DNA of 63,926 bases, counting the filler, from Choristocarpus tenellus KU-1152 (Eukaryota; Protista; Phaeophyceae): NCBI GenBank assembly GCA_964200185.2. It is 9 parts of 9 records of this genome, joined end to end, with 100 filler letters (N's around TTAATTAATTAA, not from the genome) between each part and the next. Parts side by side here need not be neighbours in the genome. Positions count along the whole stretch, not along the records: positions 23,980 to 28,952 come from CAXNAD020012320.1; positions 29,053 to 38,168 come from CAXNAD020003966.1; positions 38,269 to 41,380 come from CAXNAD020022249.1; 6 more parts are not named here. One strand, written 5' to 3'. The notes under the pieces are model-generated. The model did no database searches. It had not been told where the DNA came from and saw only the letters and a program-made list of their open reading frames with translations. This document shows, piece after piece, positions 26,057-38,675 of this stretch. A program made the position numbers and the translations under genes. Position 1 is the first letter of the stretch, and every line of letters begins with the position of its first letter.

Positions 26057-27619
26057 TGTCATGCATTGTGTAAACGTGGAACTATGTATATGACACTCTC
26101 ACTTTGTTGTGTGGAGTGCAATTATTTTGTACAGAAAGACTACATTGCAGGGAAATACCATAATCAATCTGAAGTCGGCGCCATAGTGCATGGTTTGGGA
26201 TATATTGGACAGATAAGCCTTACGGTGGTCCATCCTGTCAACGGTATTGCGAAACCCCGTTTTGTGGTCGCATAGGAACCTACCACAAGGTAGCCCTAGC
26301 GTACTTTGATCATGCCGTGCGCGATGAAACGTTGTTCTCTCACTTCCTACCATCAAGCCTGAAACACCAAACACTGGGTATGAAATGTTGGTGCTGACAT
26401 TTTCCTGCAAAGAATTTTTGTCACTGTGGACCTGGACGAGGAAGATGAGATGGAGAGGATGTGCTTCAATTGTCACACTCACGATAAGGATATTTCTCAT
26501 CGGCAAAACAGTGATGAGGGCAACAATGTTGATAAACTGGCTAGCAGGGGTGGGCCACAGTGGTGCTCATCGTGACGGCTAAATTGACCAAAATGTCCGT
26601 GACCTTCAAACGGTATATAAGAAACTCGTTATGGATGTTCGACAAGTAGAGGAAGGAAAGAGGGGAAGACTACGATCCTGATCTAAGGAAGGCGTTGGAA
26701 GAGGTAACTGACAAGAAGGCTCCCAACCAACAACACCATCAAAATCGTAGGGCTCAGGAATGGCTGCAGCTAAAAGAAGCAGGAGGAGATGTATCTTAGA
26801 TCTTGGGGAAGGACGTTAGGGATTGAGTAGAGGAGTTAGTTTGTGTGTTACAAGGATAACAGATACAGCTCGCGACGAAGAGTGTGAATTGTCAGGAGAC
26901 CAGAGTGAGACACACATGGGATGGAAATGGTGATAGTGAGGAGACAAGAATGAGAAAGGGTCAGCATGTTGACGGTGATGATGATGGTGATGGGGGTGGA
27001 AGGGCGATTCTCCCACCAACTCCCAATTTGTTTTGAAGTAGCACCACCATGTTTTCTTGAATTGGAGGCGAAGGTTAAAGGGAGAGGATTAGATCAGGCC
27101 CATACATTGCTGCAGGGGGCAAAAAGTTTACTTTCTATTAATGTTTTTGCTTTGAGACCTTTAATAACCAAAAGTCCGATAGAGTAAGACATCCCTTCAG
27201 ACGCACCAGACCGAACCTGCAGATGTCTTGTTCCACTATAACGCACACTTGTCTCTAAACGTGTTAATCACACAGAACAACCAAACATACCTCCACATCG
27301 AACACTGTCTGACTGAATACAACGTGTCATCAGACCTACCAGAACAAATTCGTCAGTGCTTTGTTGCGCTATGATCTCCTTCGACACAAACCAGACACAT
27401 CACAACAACACACCACTCATACAAAATCAGGTTTCAACAACCTGTCCCTTACATATAAAATATCATGACATATTCTAGATATGTCAAAAAGTCAATTCAA
27501 TATATTACTATACCCTCTTACATTGCCAGATGTGTCACAAAAAAGTCAATACAATATATTATTGTACCCTAGAGGAACCAACCATGACCTTGCTTCATAA
27601 TATTTTCTCTTCCGTACAG

Positions 27620-28237
27620 AAAACAAGGAGAACAATAAAAAAAGTGGTAAAAGTGGCAGACGGCACAGATTTGACGGTGGAAGCCGTCGCCCGAAGGGAA
27701 AGTGCTGCAGGACAATATGATAGTGGTGACGTTCCCAGATACGATGGTTACCTCTGCGCCAGCCCACAATCGCTGGACTCTGATGGTAAGTTGTTCAACA
27801 TCGGAATGACAGAAAAATTCCTTGAGGCTTGCCTGGAGGAACTCATCTGCTCAGCCAACAGATCTCCATCAATATACAACCGTGTGTAAACCTGTGCCCT
27901 CCAACAGGTTATACACGACCACAGCTTCAAATCGATATGGGCTGGAAAAGCTGCTAAGCTCGTTGTCCTGGATGACTACTGCTACGTCCACAAAGGAATC
28001 CTGGATGGCGTATGCGATGGCGGAGGAAATGCCAGGAAGACGCTGCATGTGGAGGGCATCGAAGTGCTCGCTGCAAAGAAGGCTGTGTTCCTCAGTCAGG
28101 TCGAAGCAGAGCTTTGGAATGACAAGTATTCCTCACCCCTAAATCTTTAGCATGTGTCGATAAAGGCTTATCCAAAGCTATTAGGCTGTTGGAAGGAAAA
28201 GAGGTGCGACTTCACACATGCCCACGATCTGAAGTAG
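27620..28237 (+). pseudogene. Decayed ORF of unknown function ending in a CCCH-like remnant (GCWKEKRCDFTHAH)
   Basis: One frame with sparse stops (27887, 28148); possibly TE-derived. Confidence 0.3.
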
Positions 28238-28295
28238 GTGTTGTTGGTTTTTGTCAGAACTTTAGGTAAGAGTCGTATTTTTGTTATAGATTTAT

Positions 28296-28553
28296 GAGTG
28301 AAACTATCTTAGAGGGTACGAGTTTTTCCCTTTTTGTCCATTTGTGACTTGGCTTCCCATGAGTTTTTAATGACATTTTACCTACTTCAAAACATTTCGG
28401 AGTAGGTAGAATGTAAACGTCATGAAAAGGCGGGTCCAGAACAGGGATATTGACATCTCCTAACAAACATGATAGCCAAAATGACATCGAAATCGCAACG
28501 TTTGATTTTGGCCCCAAATGGACGAGGCTCTACCCTCTATGATACTTTGTTTC
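28296..28553 (-). mobile_element. MITE family A
   Basis: TIRs present; TTAT TSD. Confidence 0.95.
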
Positions 28554-28907
28554 TTATGGATTCCTGCACCGTGGACACAATATCCGACGACCAAGTTCGT
28601 ACAGTTTATAGGTATGATGGGTTTACCACGTTTCACAGTGTTATCAGGCGTGTATGTGGACTGCTGATAAGCCTCAGTGTAGTCGTACACCTTTACTACA
28701 CAGGTCCTGGCGACGTTTGTAAACTGTTTGTAACATGTTAAATTGTGGGTCTGAAGCTTACGTTCAACACCTTCCATTTTGCTTCGATTTGTTTTTCTGA
28801 ATTTGGTAACCGTCATTCGCTCATATTCTGCATATTAGATACGCAATAACGTCACTGGAGTCGGTTTCGTGGACTCTGTTAATCGAACTGTTGGTCGGCA
28901 CGTGTTT

Positions 28908-28952
28908 GGTTCAAAGTATCTGGCGGGGTGGTGTCGGCGTCCGTTTTTCACC
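28908..28952. mobile_element. MITE family B terminus at contig end
   Basis: GGTTCAAAGTATCTGG running into the gap. Confidence 0.7.
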
Positions 28953-29052
28953 NNNNNNNNNNNNNNNNNNNNNNNNNNNNNNNNNNNNNNNNNNNNTTAA
29001 TTAATTAANNNNNNNNNNNNNNNNNNNNNNNNNNNNNNNNNNNNNNNNNNNN

Positions 29053-29124
29053 TACATCAAAATTGCAACATTGGATTTTGCCCCCCAAATGGAGGCGGTT
29101 CTACCCTCTAAGATACTCTGACTC
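29053..29124 (-). mobile_element. MITE family A terminus at contig start
   Basis: ...CCCCAAATGG...CTACCCTCTAAGATACTCTGACTC. Confidence 0.88.
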
Positions 29125-31868
29125 GAAGTCCTTACCCCCATGCGCCTACATAGACCTTCAACGACACCCCCACATTCTCCAATTCGAGTGGCTTGAAATA
29201 GGTTGAAATAGTAGTTTTGGTCAGAACGATTACCTACAATCTCACTTTCTGGTACACGAGAGTACCTTTCACATTTTGAACAATTAGTGTGAACAGAGGA
29301 GCAAGCAGTGTCAGACTGCTAATGAACATCGGTTGCCAAGAGTAAGGAGTGCAAACCAAGTCAAACATCCCCACCACGGGATACTCGTCTTCCCGGTGTG
29401 TGGTATTGGATGCAAGCAAAGCCAAGGGTGTCCAGAAACACCTTGGAGTAGCATGATCACAGTTGCACAAAAACAGACATACCTACCCAGGTACCCAGCC
29501 CGATGGGTCTAATTTTGGGGTTCCCTATATCTCTATGTCAATAATATGAGCTGTAAAATCCGAAACGATGCTGCATTCCTCTGCACCTTGATCAGTTTAT
29601 CGCCATTCACAACCGTTTTTTGTGAGTATGCATATACATCTGTCTTGGATGGTATCCAACTATGATACTCAGAAATATACACTTATTTTTAGCATGACAG
29701 ATACTCGCTTTTTCCAACAAATATCGAAAGCACGCCTTTAGATGTATTACTAGGAAGGATGTAGATGTGTACACTACCTAAACATCTTGGCTGCGTAGTG
29801 GAGGGATGAAGTTGTATTGTAGACATGCTCCTAGGTGTCCATACACCCTACCGTTTGTCTGTTATTGGTGAAGATTGTTTGAAATGCCGCATGGAAAGGC
29901 TTTTGAACTCGCGCTAGAGCTGTGCTTGACGGATTGCTGGTATTGCTATGTCCAACAGGACCAATTCTCCATGGGGAGTCCAATAGTGACCACACCCCAC
30001 TCTCATTGGTTGCGTGGAAGAGGATATAATCTTAGTGATTGTAGACATCATCACAGTTGATAGTGTGTTTTTTAGTGGGTGTACACACTCTGGCACGGTT
30101 CTTCTTCTGGACTGTGTTAAAAGGCTTTTACGGCCCTTCACAATAATACTGATAGCTATTGATAAACTCAAAACGGGTGAATGTTATAGCTATTGTGTCA
30201 TACCGCTCCTCTTACCTTACCAGTAGTCCAACAATTTTTAACGTATATTTTGGACATTATTGAGAGGATGGTGGCCTCGAGATGTGATTTAATTGTGGGC
30301 TGTTTGGCAGGGTCAGACACTTTGAAGGTCAAACTTATCCACCGAACCCAACTACATACGTACATTTAGATCAATGATAGTCAAATTTTGCACAACCAAG
30401 GACAGGCCCCTACTAACACAGCCCATCCCTTCTACCCAGGCATGCACCCTCCCCCGTGTCCTTCCTCCGTCTGTTCTGGAGCACTGTGTATGCTAGCTGG
30501 TGGAGCTTCTCTTCCTCTTTCTCCCCAGGTACAGACTGCACAACTGTGCCTTACCTCCTGGTTCTGCTCGAGCGTTGCGACTACCTAGTCGTGGATGTTC
30601 TCCTTTTCGTCACTCAGTACGTGCCCCATAGGATTATCCGGGCACACCCCTTCACTGCTCCTTTCGTTCTGGTGCTGCTGGAGCACAGTGGGTACTAATT
30701 GGTGGAACTTCCTCTCTTTCCTCCCCCATCACATTCCCCCCCCCTGTTGTTATCCATTCACAGCATTGTGCCCTTCAGTACCCCATTCTCACTATAGAAT
30801 GTCGGTAGTAGGCCATTATGATTGTTGCAAGGGAGGCAGGAGTACCCTGCAGGAGTATTGCTGAACAGCATTGTCATAACAACATAACATCTGCGTGTGT
30901 TCTGTAGATACCTCTAATTCTGTCAACAAAGCATGAAGTTTGGATGCAGCGTGCAGGGTCGCAAAAGCATTTTTCTTCGTGACGATTGCCTGCAAGTTAT
31001 AATTTCTGGTGAGTGGAGAGGGGCCTCATCGCACTGGGAGCAATGGGCTCGAAAAGAAGGGCTACAGTGACAAACTGCTAGCGAATATCGGTTACCAAGA
31101 AGAGGGCATCAGGCGCAAGCCAAGTCAAATATCCTCGAGGTACCTTGTGTATGGAACTGGGTAAAAGGAAAGACTAATACCCCAAACAGTGCAATATGGA
31201 AAAATGATCAGGTTGTGCAACTCGTCGTCGTGCGGTTGAGGAGGGCGACAACGCCATCTTGTTTTGGGTTCCCTGTAATTACCTGTTAGAAAGTGTCGAG
31301 TCTATCATATCCACAAAAATCTTCTCTGTCCTTGCGCGATTAAGAAACCCGTATTCATCACCAACATAGAATAATGTAGTCATATTGGATGTACAACAGT
31401 TCCACATTGGGATTGAGACGATATTGGTGCTTGTGGAGGAACAGAAGTTGACTTTATGGTCTCTGAATATTTCTTACGCAGAAAGACTTTGCGAAGGAGA
31501 CAGGTTCAGTTGCGTCAGGGCTAAGGGCGCCGCGTCTTCGCAATTACTCGCCTTCTCTGGCCTGTCCTCTTGGCAAGTAGTTTTGCAGGTGAAGTCAGGA
31601 TGATATGCAAGAAGACTTAGTATCTCGAGCAGGAATATAGTTCATCTGGACTCCCTAACACCTCCCCACCACATCTCTTCAGTGTTCTTCTTTTCCCTTT
31701 TTGCGTGATACGATGCGGTCTGAAAAACTTCCAGGTGGTCCATGAATTAGTTGACTACCGAGCTGTTCCTCTCAGTCCCAGTCCAAACGCAAGTCGTTTT
31801 TACAACAGTATCATGTTGACATCGACCTTACTAATGAGCTTGCTACCTCACACCCCATTCTCAATGTC

Positions 31869-34018
31869 ATGCAGGTCGAGATGGAAGACCTTGGAGAGCG
31901 GATCGGTGCAATTGAGATTTCAATGGCAGAAAATCGCGAGAAGCTAGCTGATCTTGAAGCTGAAGCTTCACGCATACAGGAGAAGATCGAGGTCGCCACA
32001 GTTGGAGTTCAAGGTATTTGTCCAATAAATGTCTCTGAAAAGTAGACGTGCTGGGTTTGATCACTCAAGTATTCTAAGCATACACGCCTATCTCGGCTGA
32101 GCGTGGAAATGCCCATATTCGGACCTCACCTGTGCTCCTTCATTGTATTGCAATTCGTCCAGAATAGACCTCAAAATTTACATCGATTTCCTGATTCATT
32201 CTGTGGAAATAAGGCTGCCACTATGCCTCCACAGCTCAAGAGCGGTCGAAGGAAGCTCTGTGATTCTATCGTCTTTGCTCAGCACTTCTTCGTGATCATG
32301 GTTATGTGCGCCTTTCTCTGCTACCTCATGGACACAATCCAAATCCAGACACGCAATAGCAGGGCACAGAAGAAGCCCACTCTCTATTCAAGATTTTCTT
32401 TCCCAACCCCCCCAATCCCGCGCTTGATTCGGAGGGCGTTAGCCTTGAATGCCTGTAAGTCATGATACAGCCCCGTCTGGGTAAGCAAACACTGTTTGCT
32501 ACGCAAGAGAATTATTTGGTTGATAGTTGTCTGAGCACAACGAATATTCGATTTGTGTCTTCGGTTGAATACTGGAGCCGTGGGGTCATGCAATTGGTCT
32601 GACTGGTTTGTTTTGAAATTAGGTCAAACACCATAATTTCAACCTGGCTTATACCTCAACCATGACCTTCTCAACAAGCAATCTTTGCCCCCATAGATCA
32701 CTATCCTTATCTTGTCCTTCAAGCTGTTACATACAGAATCTTGCAAAGGTATGTACTTTCATCCTTTCTTTTCTACTCCTTCTGTGAAGATAAGGTGCAT
32801 TAGTCAAGGATAAGGCACTGGTGGTGAAAAATATGAAAAGTGGTGATAACGTTGGGAGTTGGATCAAACCGTAGTTGCCTGAATGAAGAGTCATGTAATT
32901 GAGGACATACTGTTGCCTGGGCTGAAGTGTAGCAAAGATTACCCTAGTTTGTATGCACTTCATCTGGTATTTTAGTTCAAGTACTGCATAACCCAAATGA
33001 ACGGAATTGGTGTGTTGTGTACCAAGTTGTATGGTTGAGTTTGATCTTTTTGAATATCAAGCCCTCCAGTGGGTAGAAGAATGAGTCAGTGATAAGGACA
33101 GGAGTGTATCATGCTGTGCAGAGGCCCAGAGTGGTGCCAAGATCAGAGTCAGTATTAGAGTTATTATAGGATTAAATTAGAGGCCTAAAGAGAATATGCT
33201 CTATGCACAGTTGTTGCAGAACATATGTGTTTGGTTATAAGATATTTTTCTGTTTGTTTGGGCCCTTACTTAATTGTATATTGGTGGTGTTATGTAGAGA
33301 TGGATGATTTCACAGCCATGAGCAGGAGCCAAGCATCCCTTTAAATAAGAACAGCAACAAGCTGAGTGTATTGCGATATTGTTGTGCTTTGAGATTGTTG
33401 AAATGACTGTTACATAATGGCTACTTCACAGTTTTGTGACAGTTACACTATAGTGTGGTTTTATCACTAATGCTTGCAGATTTTGCATGTAACCTTGTAT
33501 GCGTATTCACTCCATACCTTCATGAGATTTGCAAGTCACTAGAGTGAACCATTTGCACTTGTCAACCTTTGAATAATCACCATGAACCACAACACCATCC
33601 CTTGGTATCAATGACCCCCCCCCTCCTTGGTCTCCCTGAACTAATGCCGAGTGCAGTGGATGACAACGGATGGCCTGCAGCTAGAGTGAGGAAGGCGTTT
33701 GTTAACTTTTTTGTCGAGAAGTATAATCACACATTTTGGCCGTCCAGCCCTGTGGTGCCCCACGATGATCCCACCTTGCTCTTTGCCAATGCGGGCATGA
33801 ACCAGGTATTGCTATCAACAGTTGTACATTAAACCTCAATATGTTTACTACAGCAGTATAAGGTGTTCCTGACTGACCCCTTGACATGTTCAAAACAATT
33901 CATTGCCCTTTGCTACTCAGACTATTACTTGCAGTGTGTATTGAAATAACAGGTATTGTTCTAAGCCAAGAGGGAATCAGAACATTAAAAAAAAGCTGGT
34001 GATACACCACCTATGTAG

Positions 34019-34049
<31 letters not shown>

Positions 34050-37032
34050 GTTATAATAAAAAATGGCGCAACTTTTCGATGCACAAGTTTAACAGGAGTT
34101 CCATCAAGGGAATATCTCGTAAATATTGCACTTTGATACTCTGCAAGCAGGAAAATCTCCGTTGGAAGAAAGTAGTTGCTGTAATAAATGATACAATCTA
34201 CAGCCAAATGTTCCAATACTAAACACCTGGTGATTGTGTGGAAGGGTGTTCCTGTGTTGAGGTTGTGTGTTAATCTTTCTGTACAATATTGATGAGTGTT
34301 ATCAATTACTGTGGGTAACCAGGGCATGCCTTGTAATCAAGCATGTGTTGTGATATCAATTGTACAGTATTAATGAAAACACTATGTGGGTATAGTGCAA
34401 TGTTTGTAATAGCTAACCTGCTGTAACAGTTGAATGGTGAATTGAGGAGGAAATAGTGAACTGTAGCAATTAAATCAATGCGATTTGGTTCAACCACTGT
34501 TAATTGGAACCATAAATCAAGGGGGATAAATTAATTCTTGATACATATTTCTTGATCAATTAATTCTTGATACATATTTCTTGATCAATTAATTCTTGAT
34601 ACATATTTCTTGATAAATTAATTCTTGATACATATTTCTTGATAAATTAATTCTTGATACATAATTCTTGATAAATTAATTCTTGGTTATTATTCCCGCA
34701 AATGCATGTTGCGCCCTATGGTTGCAAATCTCAGTTACCCCTACACTGAATGCCCAGTTTGGTTGCAATTGGGTACATGTAATTGAGTACAGTAAAGTTT
34801 TTTGAGCCGATTTAAGTCCTTCTCGTAAGTGCCTTTGATTCACAACTCTATGGACTAGGGGTAGAGTGAGGGATGAGGGCTGGGGCGTGGGTTAGGTTTG
34901 AGATTGTGTAGCATTGATCAGGTTCTTCAAGTGGGTGTTCAAATGTCTGTGTGTCATTCACTACCCCCCCTATCCTCTTGCATATTGTAGCATGTAAGTG
35001 GAGAGGTGGTTCCTACACTATTAGTGTATTTAAAGTGTTTGGATTGTGTTTCAATCAAGTTGTACTCCATTTTTTTATTCTCCTCCTCTAGTGATAGTGA
35101 CTTATATGTGGAAGTGTTCCTGTTTGTGTGTGTGAGGGAGAGCAAGAGAGGTATTAAAGCTAACCTTAACCCTATCCCAAACCTGCATGCCGGATATAAC
35201 CTCATCAAGAGAGCTGTGTTTGGCAGGGCCTCATCTAGTGTAATGGTAGTCAGTATGTAAACACAGGAATGGCTTGTGCTTTAGTGCCAAAGACAGAAGA
35301 AGCACTTTTATTTATTTATTTCTATTTTTCTTTTTGGAATACAAACCCCACTTGGTACATATTTAAAACACAGTTTGGTTTTGTTTTGTGGGTTACGTCA
35401 TGTTACGCTTGGAACACACCTTGTGCAAATGCAAGTTGAGCTTGACCGATCCCCTTTTGTTGAGATGGACTCATGTTACAGTTACAGTTACAGTTACACA
35501 TCACGCCTCAGCAATGACTGACCCAACCCATTGGAACAACAACACATCACATGTGTCATGGACAACATGGACAACATGGACAACATGGAACACATGGAAC
35601 ACATGGGACACATGGGACACATGGGACACATGTAACGCATGGGACACATGTAACATACCACTCTCTGCGGACACTGGCGTGATTCCATGAACCACTAATG
35701 GTGAAAACAATCTCAATGCTACCCCAGTTCAAGCCGCTGTTCCTTGGGACAGCAGATCCTAGTCTGAAGCTGTCAAAGCTTAAGCGTGCGGTTAACTCTC
35801 AGAAGTGCATTCGTGCTGGGGGGAAACACAATGACCTGGATGATGTTGGGAAGGATTTGTACCACCACACCTTTTTTGAGATGCTTGGCAATTGGTGAGA
35901 TAGATACATATATATATGTTTAGAGGTGGAGGGCTTTGTGTGATACAATTTGTGTGCATTCCTTTTTATGTTTGACTGGTTCAATTGAAAAAATAACAGG
36001 AATGATCTACTATGTGCTGTTGTGTGCATGTGAAGGCATGAATATACCCACACAGCAGACATTTTTTTAAGGGTTAGGGACAAACTGAATTCTACAAAAG
36101 AGAAGTGAGATTGCATTTGTGTGTGTGTGTTGCTGTTCTACACTGTGTTAATTTCATGTACATGTATTCAGTCTTGAAAACAATTACATTTGCAGGCATA
36201 TTTGTGTACCTATGTGTATATGTATGTTTTCGTTATTAAAAAAAATTGTTGGGAGTATGGAACTATTATTGGCAATGGATTCTGGCAACCTTTTTGCTGA
36301 TACGGCAGTCTGTATATTGCTGGTTGAATGTGGGTGGATGGTACAGTATCAACAGTAGCACATTTGTAACATTAGTGGGTAGCACATTTGTGATGTTAGT
36401 GGGTAACACATTTGTAACGTTAGTGGGTAACACATTTGTAACATTAGTGGGTAACACATTTGTAACATTAGTGGGTAACACATTTGTAACGTTAGTGGGT
36501 AATACATTTGTAACATTAGTGGGTAACACATTTGTAACATTAGTGGGTAACACATTTGTAACATTAGTGGGTAACACATTTGTAACATTAGTGGGTAACA
36601 CATTGTAACATTAGTGGGTAACACATTTGTAACATTAGTGGTAAATACTTGCGATTGTTATGTATGAGTTTCATGAAAATTGGATACTCTTGGATACTCT
36701 TGGGTACTCTTGGGTACTCTTGCCTTGGAATGTGTTGTGTTACGCCCCTTCTATTCTGGTCGGAGGGGGTGAAAATAAACTTCAATGGGTTCTTCTGCCC
36801 TTGCCTGTGTTGAATTGTCACCCATCTGCAGTCAAGGTGTAGCCCTAATCTAATTACAACGAATGGCAAGTTACCTGAATATTAACTGAATATTCATAGT
36901 AATGGCAGTAAGGAAAAGGAGATGGTGCAGTTACATCTATTTTTTGATGGAGACATTGTTTACTCTGTCAGGTCATTTGGGAGCTACTTCAAGGAAGAGG
37001 CCATTGCTTATGCCTGGGAGTGCTTGTCCGAG
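31869..37032 (+). CDS. AARS: Alanyl-tRNA synthetase (cytosolic/eukaryotic type), exons 1-4, 3' truncated
   Basis: Exons 31869-32013 (putative first), 33657-33805, 35728-35894 and 36972-37032 splice in phase: [14 protein letters not shown]...[28 protein letters not shown]...[53 protein letters not shown]. Confidence 0.96.
34525..34686. repeat. 29-bp minisatellite (aattaattcttgatacatatttcttgatm) x~5.5, intronic
   Basis: Direct reading. Confidence 0.92.
35550..35655. repeat. 9-bp tandem repeat (catggacaa/catggaaca/catgggaca), intronic
   Basis: Direct reading. Confidence 0.9.
36355..36642. repeat. 24-bp minisatellite (acacatttgtaacattagtgggta) x~12, intronic
   Basis: Direct reading; produces the spurious periodic ORFs in the track. 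Confidence 0.95.
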
Positions 37033-37924
37033 GTATGAAATCTGCTGACAATGATGGCACTGTTGTTTTTTCTATTTATATATGTATGTATATATGTATG
37101 TATATATGTGTAGCACTATTAATGGTCTGTGTTCTGTAGTGTTTTGTATACACTCATACTACTATTGTACTTTAATACACAGGTTTGTAGAGAAAAAAAC
37201 TCTTGCAATCTATGTACACTAGTATATCAATTGTAATGTGTATTGCTTGTCTGGTACTTTGTGTAGAGTATATTTAATATTTAGTATATTTAATACTTAA
37301 TATATTCAATATTTAGCATATTCGGATGTGTGCCTTACTGTTATATTATTTCTAGACTAGGGTTAGGAACTGGTGCAGGCATGCTTTTCTTGTAAGTGTT
37401 GCATTCTTTTGTAAGGAGATACTATAGTACTAGTTTAGTAGTTCTGTACTAAATCTACGTATCAACACAATTGCTGACTTTGTGTGTGTAGGAAGTGTGT
37501 TGTATCTGTATTTTTTTTTATTTTCCTCCTGTATTGTAGTTGTCATTGTAGATGACATTGTATTTGTTAGTAAAATTGATTTGTGTTGATGTACTCTGTT
37601 ATTATGTTGTGTGTTCTTAGTATACCTTTGGACTTCAAATGAAGTATGTACCATTGCTGGTTTGATTTTTTTGTACATAGGTATTGTATTTAGCTATTTC
37701 TCTGCTGCAGAAGTGAAGACAACAATTAACCTTTCAGGTCATTGCCAAGGCACGACCATATTGTGTAGGTGCAAGCTACCTCCTTGCTGTCAAATGATGT
37801 TTGTAGAACCTTAGATTCAAACATATTGTATCACCTAACAAACAGAGGTCTACTGTAGATAACCGATGCTAGTAAACCCTCTTTTGTGTGTACCTCTTTT
37901 GTGTGGTACAATATTGTACCTTTT

Positions 37925-38120
37925 TTCACTGAAACAAAAAACATAATAAAAAAGTGCATGAGTAGAAAACAACCCTACAAAAAAAGAAACAATGGGAGGA
38001 CCCAATACAGCACCAACACCATATGCAAACAAAAGAACTCCAGTGACATTAATTATGTTAGTATCATGCTCTAAATGATCACAAACCTGAGCTATACATA
38101 GGGAGGGGACATATGGTAAA
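37925..38120 (-). pseudogene. Fragment of a bacterial-type MFS transporter (YcaD-like), intronless, inside the AlaRS intron
   Basis: FTICP/LCIAQVCDHLEHDTNIINVTGVLLFAYGVGAVLGPPIVSFFVGLFSTHALFYYV resembles YcaD-family TM10-12 (FTLYPxxxAxxCD...LLxxYxxGSxLGP); 4-nt frameshift; cut by a MITE B. Confidence 0.6.
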
Positions 38121-38168
38121 GGGTCAAAGTATCTGGGGGGTGGGGGGTGGTTTGTGAGGGGGCGTCCG
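38121..38168. mobile_element. MITE family B terminus at contig end
   Basis: GGGTCAAAGTATCTGGGGGG running into the gap. Confidence 0.8.
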
Positions 38169-38675
38169 NNNNNNNNNNNNNNNNNNNNNNNNNNNNNNNN
38201 NNNNNNNNNNNNTTAATTAATTAANNNNNNNNNNNNNNNNNNNNNNNNNNNNNNNNNNNNNNNNNNNNAGCTAACACTTCTAAATACTACTGGCATCAGA
38301 TATTTTGGCAATTGAATTCATACTTTTGCATCCATAATTCGTTTGTACATAATATATTTTATGAAGGACCACCAACCTGTAGTGAAGGAGGCTCAAAATC
38401 ATGCATGGAAACAAAGGACAACGACTGCCATGCAACCAAAACCCCCTTCTACTATGTATCGCAACAACAACATGCTGTTTGGAATGCTCTGAAAACATTT
38501 TCATGGTTTAAACTAAACACATGTTGTCGCCGCCATCACCTGCGGCAGTTATTACTATCCGCCACAACAAATATGCGTACTTGGCTCTCAATACACACCG
38601 CTCATTCTCCAAGAGGCCTACGAGGTATACTTTACTTACACGAATATCTGCCACATGCTTGCTAACCAGGCGTCT

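Noticed and set aside
29780-29850. LQYNFIPPLRSQD on the minus strand as a viral tyrosine-recombinase motif
   Set aside because: Very short, flanked by stops, and no other catalytic motifs
34525-34686. 29-bp repeats as CRISPR repeats
   Set aside because: No spacers; simple tandem repeat
36246-36642. Periodic ORFs (TFVTLVGN / LPTNVTNV) or a CRISPR-like array
   Set aside because: Head-to-tail 24-bp minisatellite without unique spacers, inside an AlaRS intron; no cas genes present
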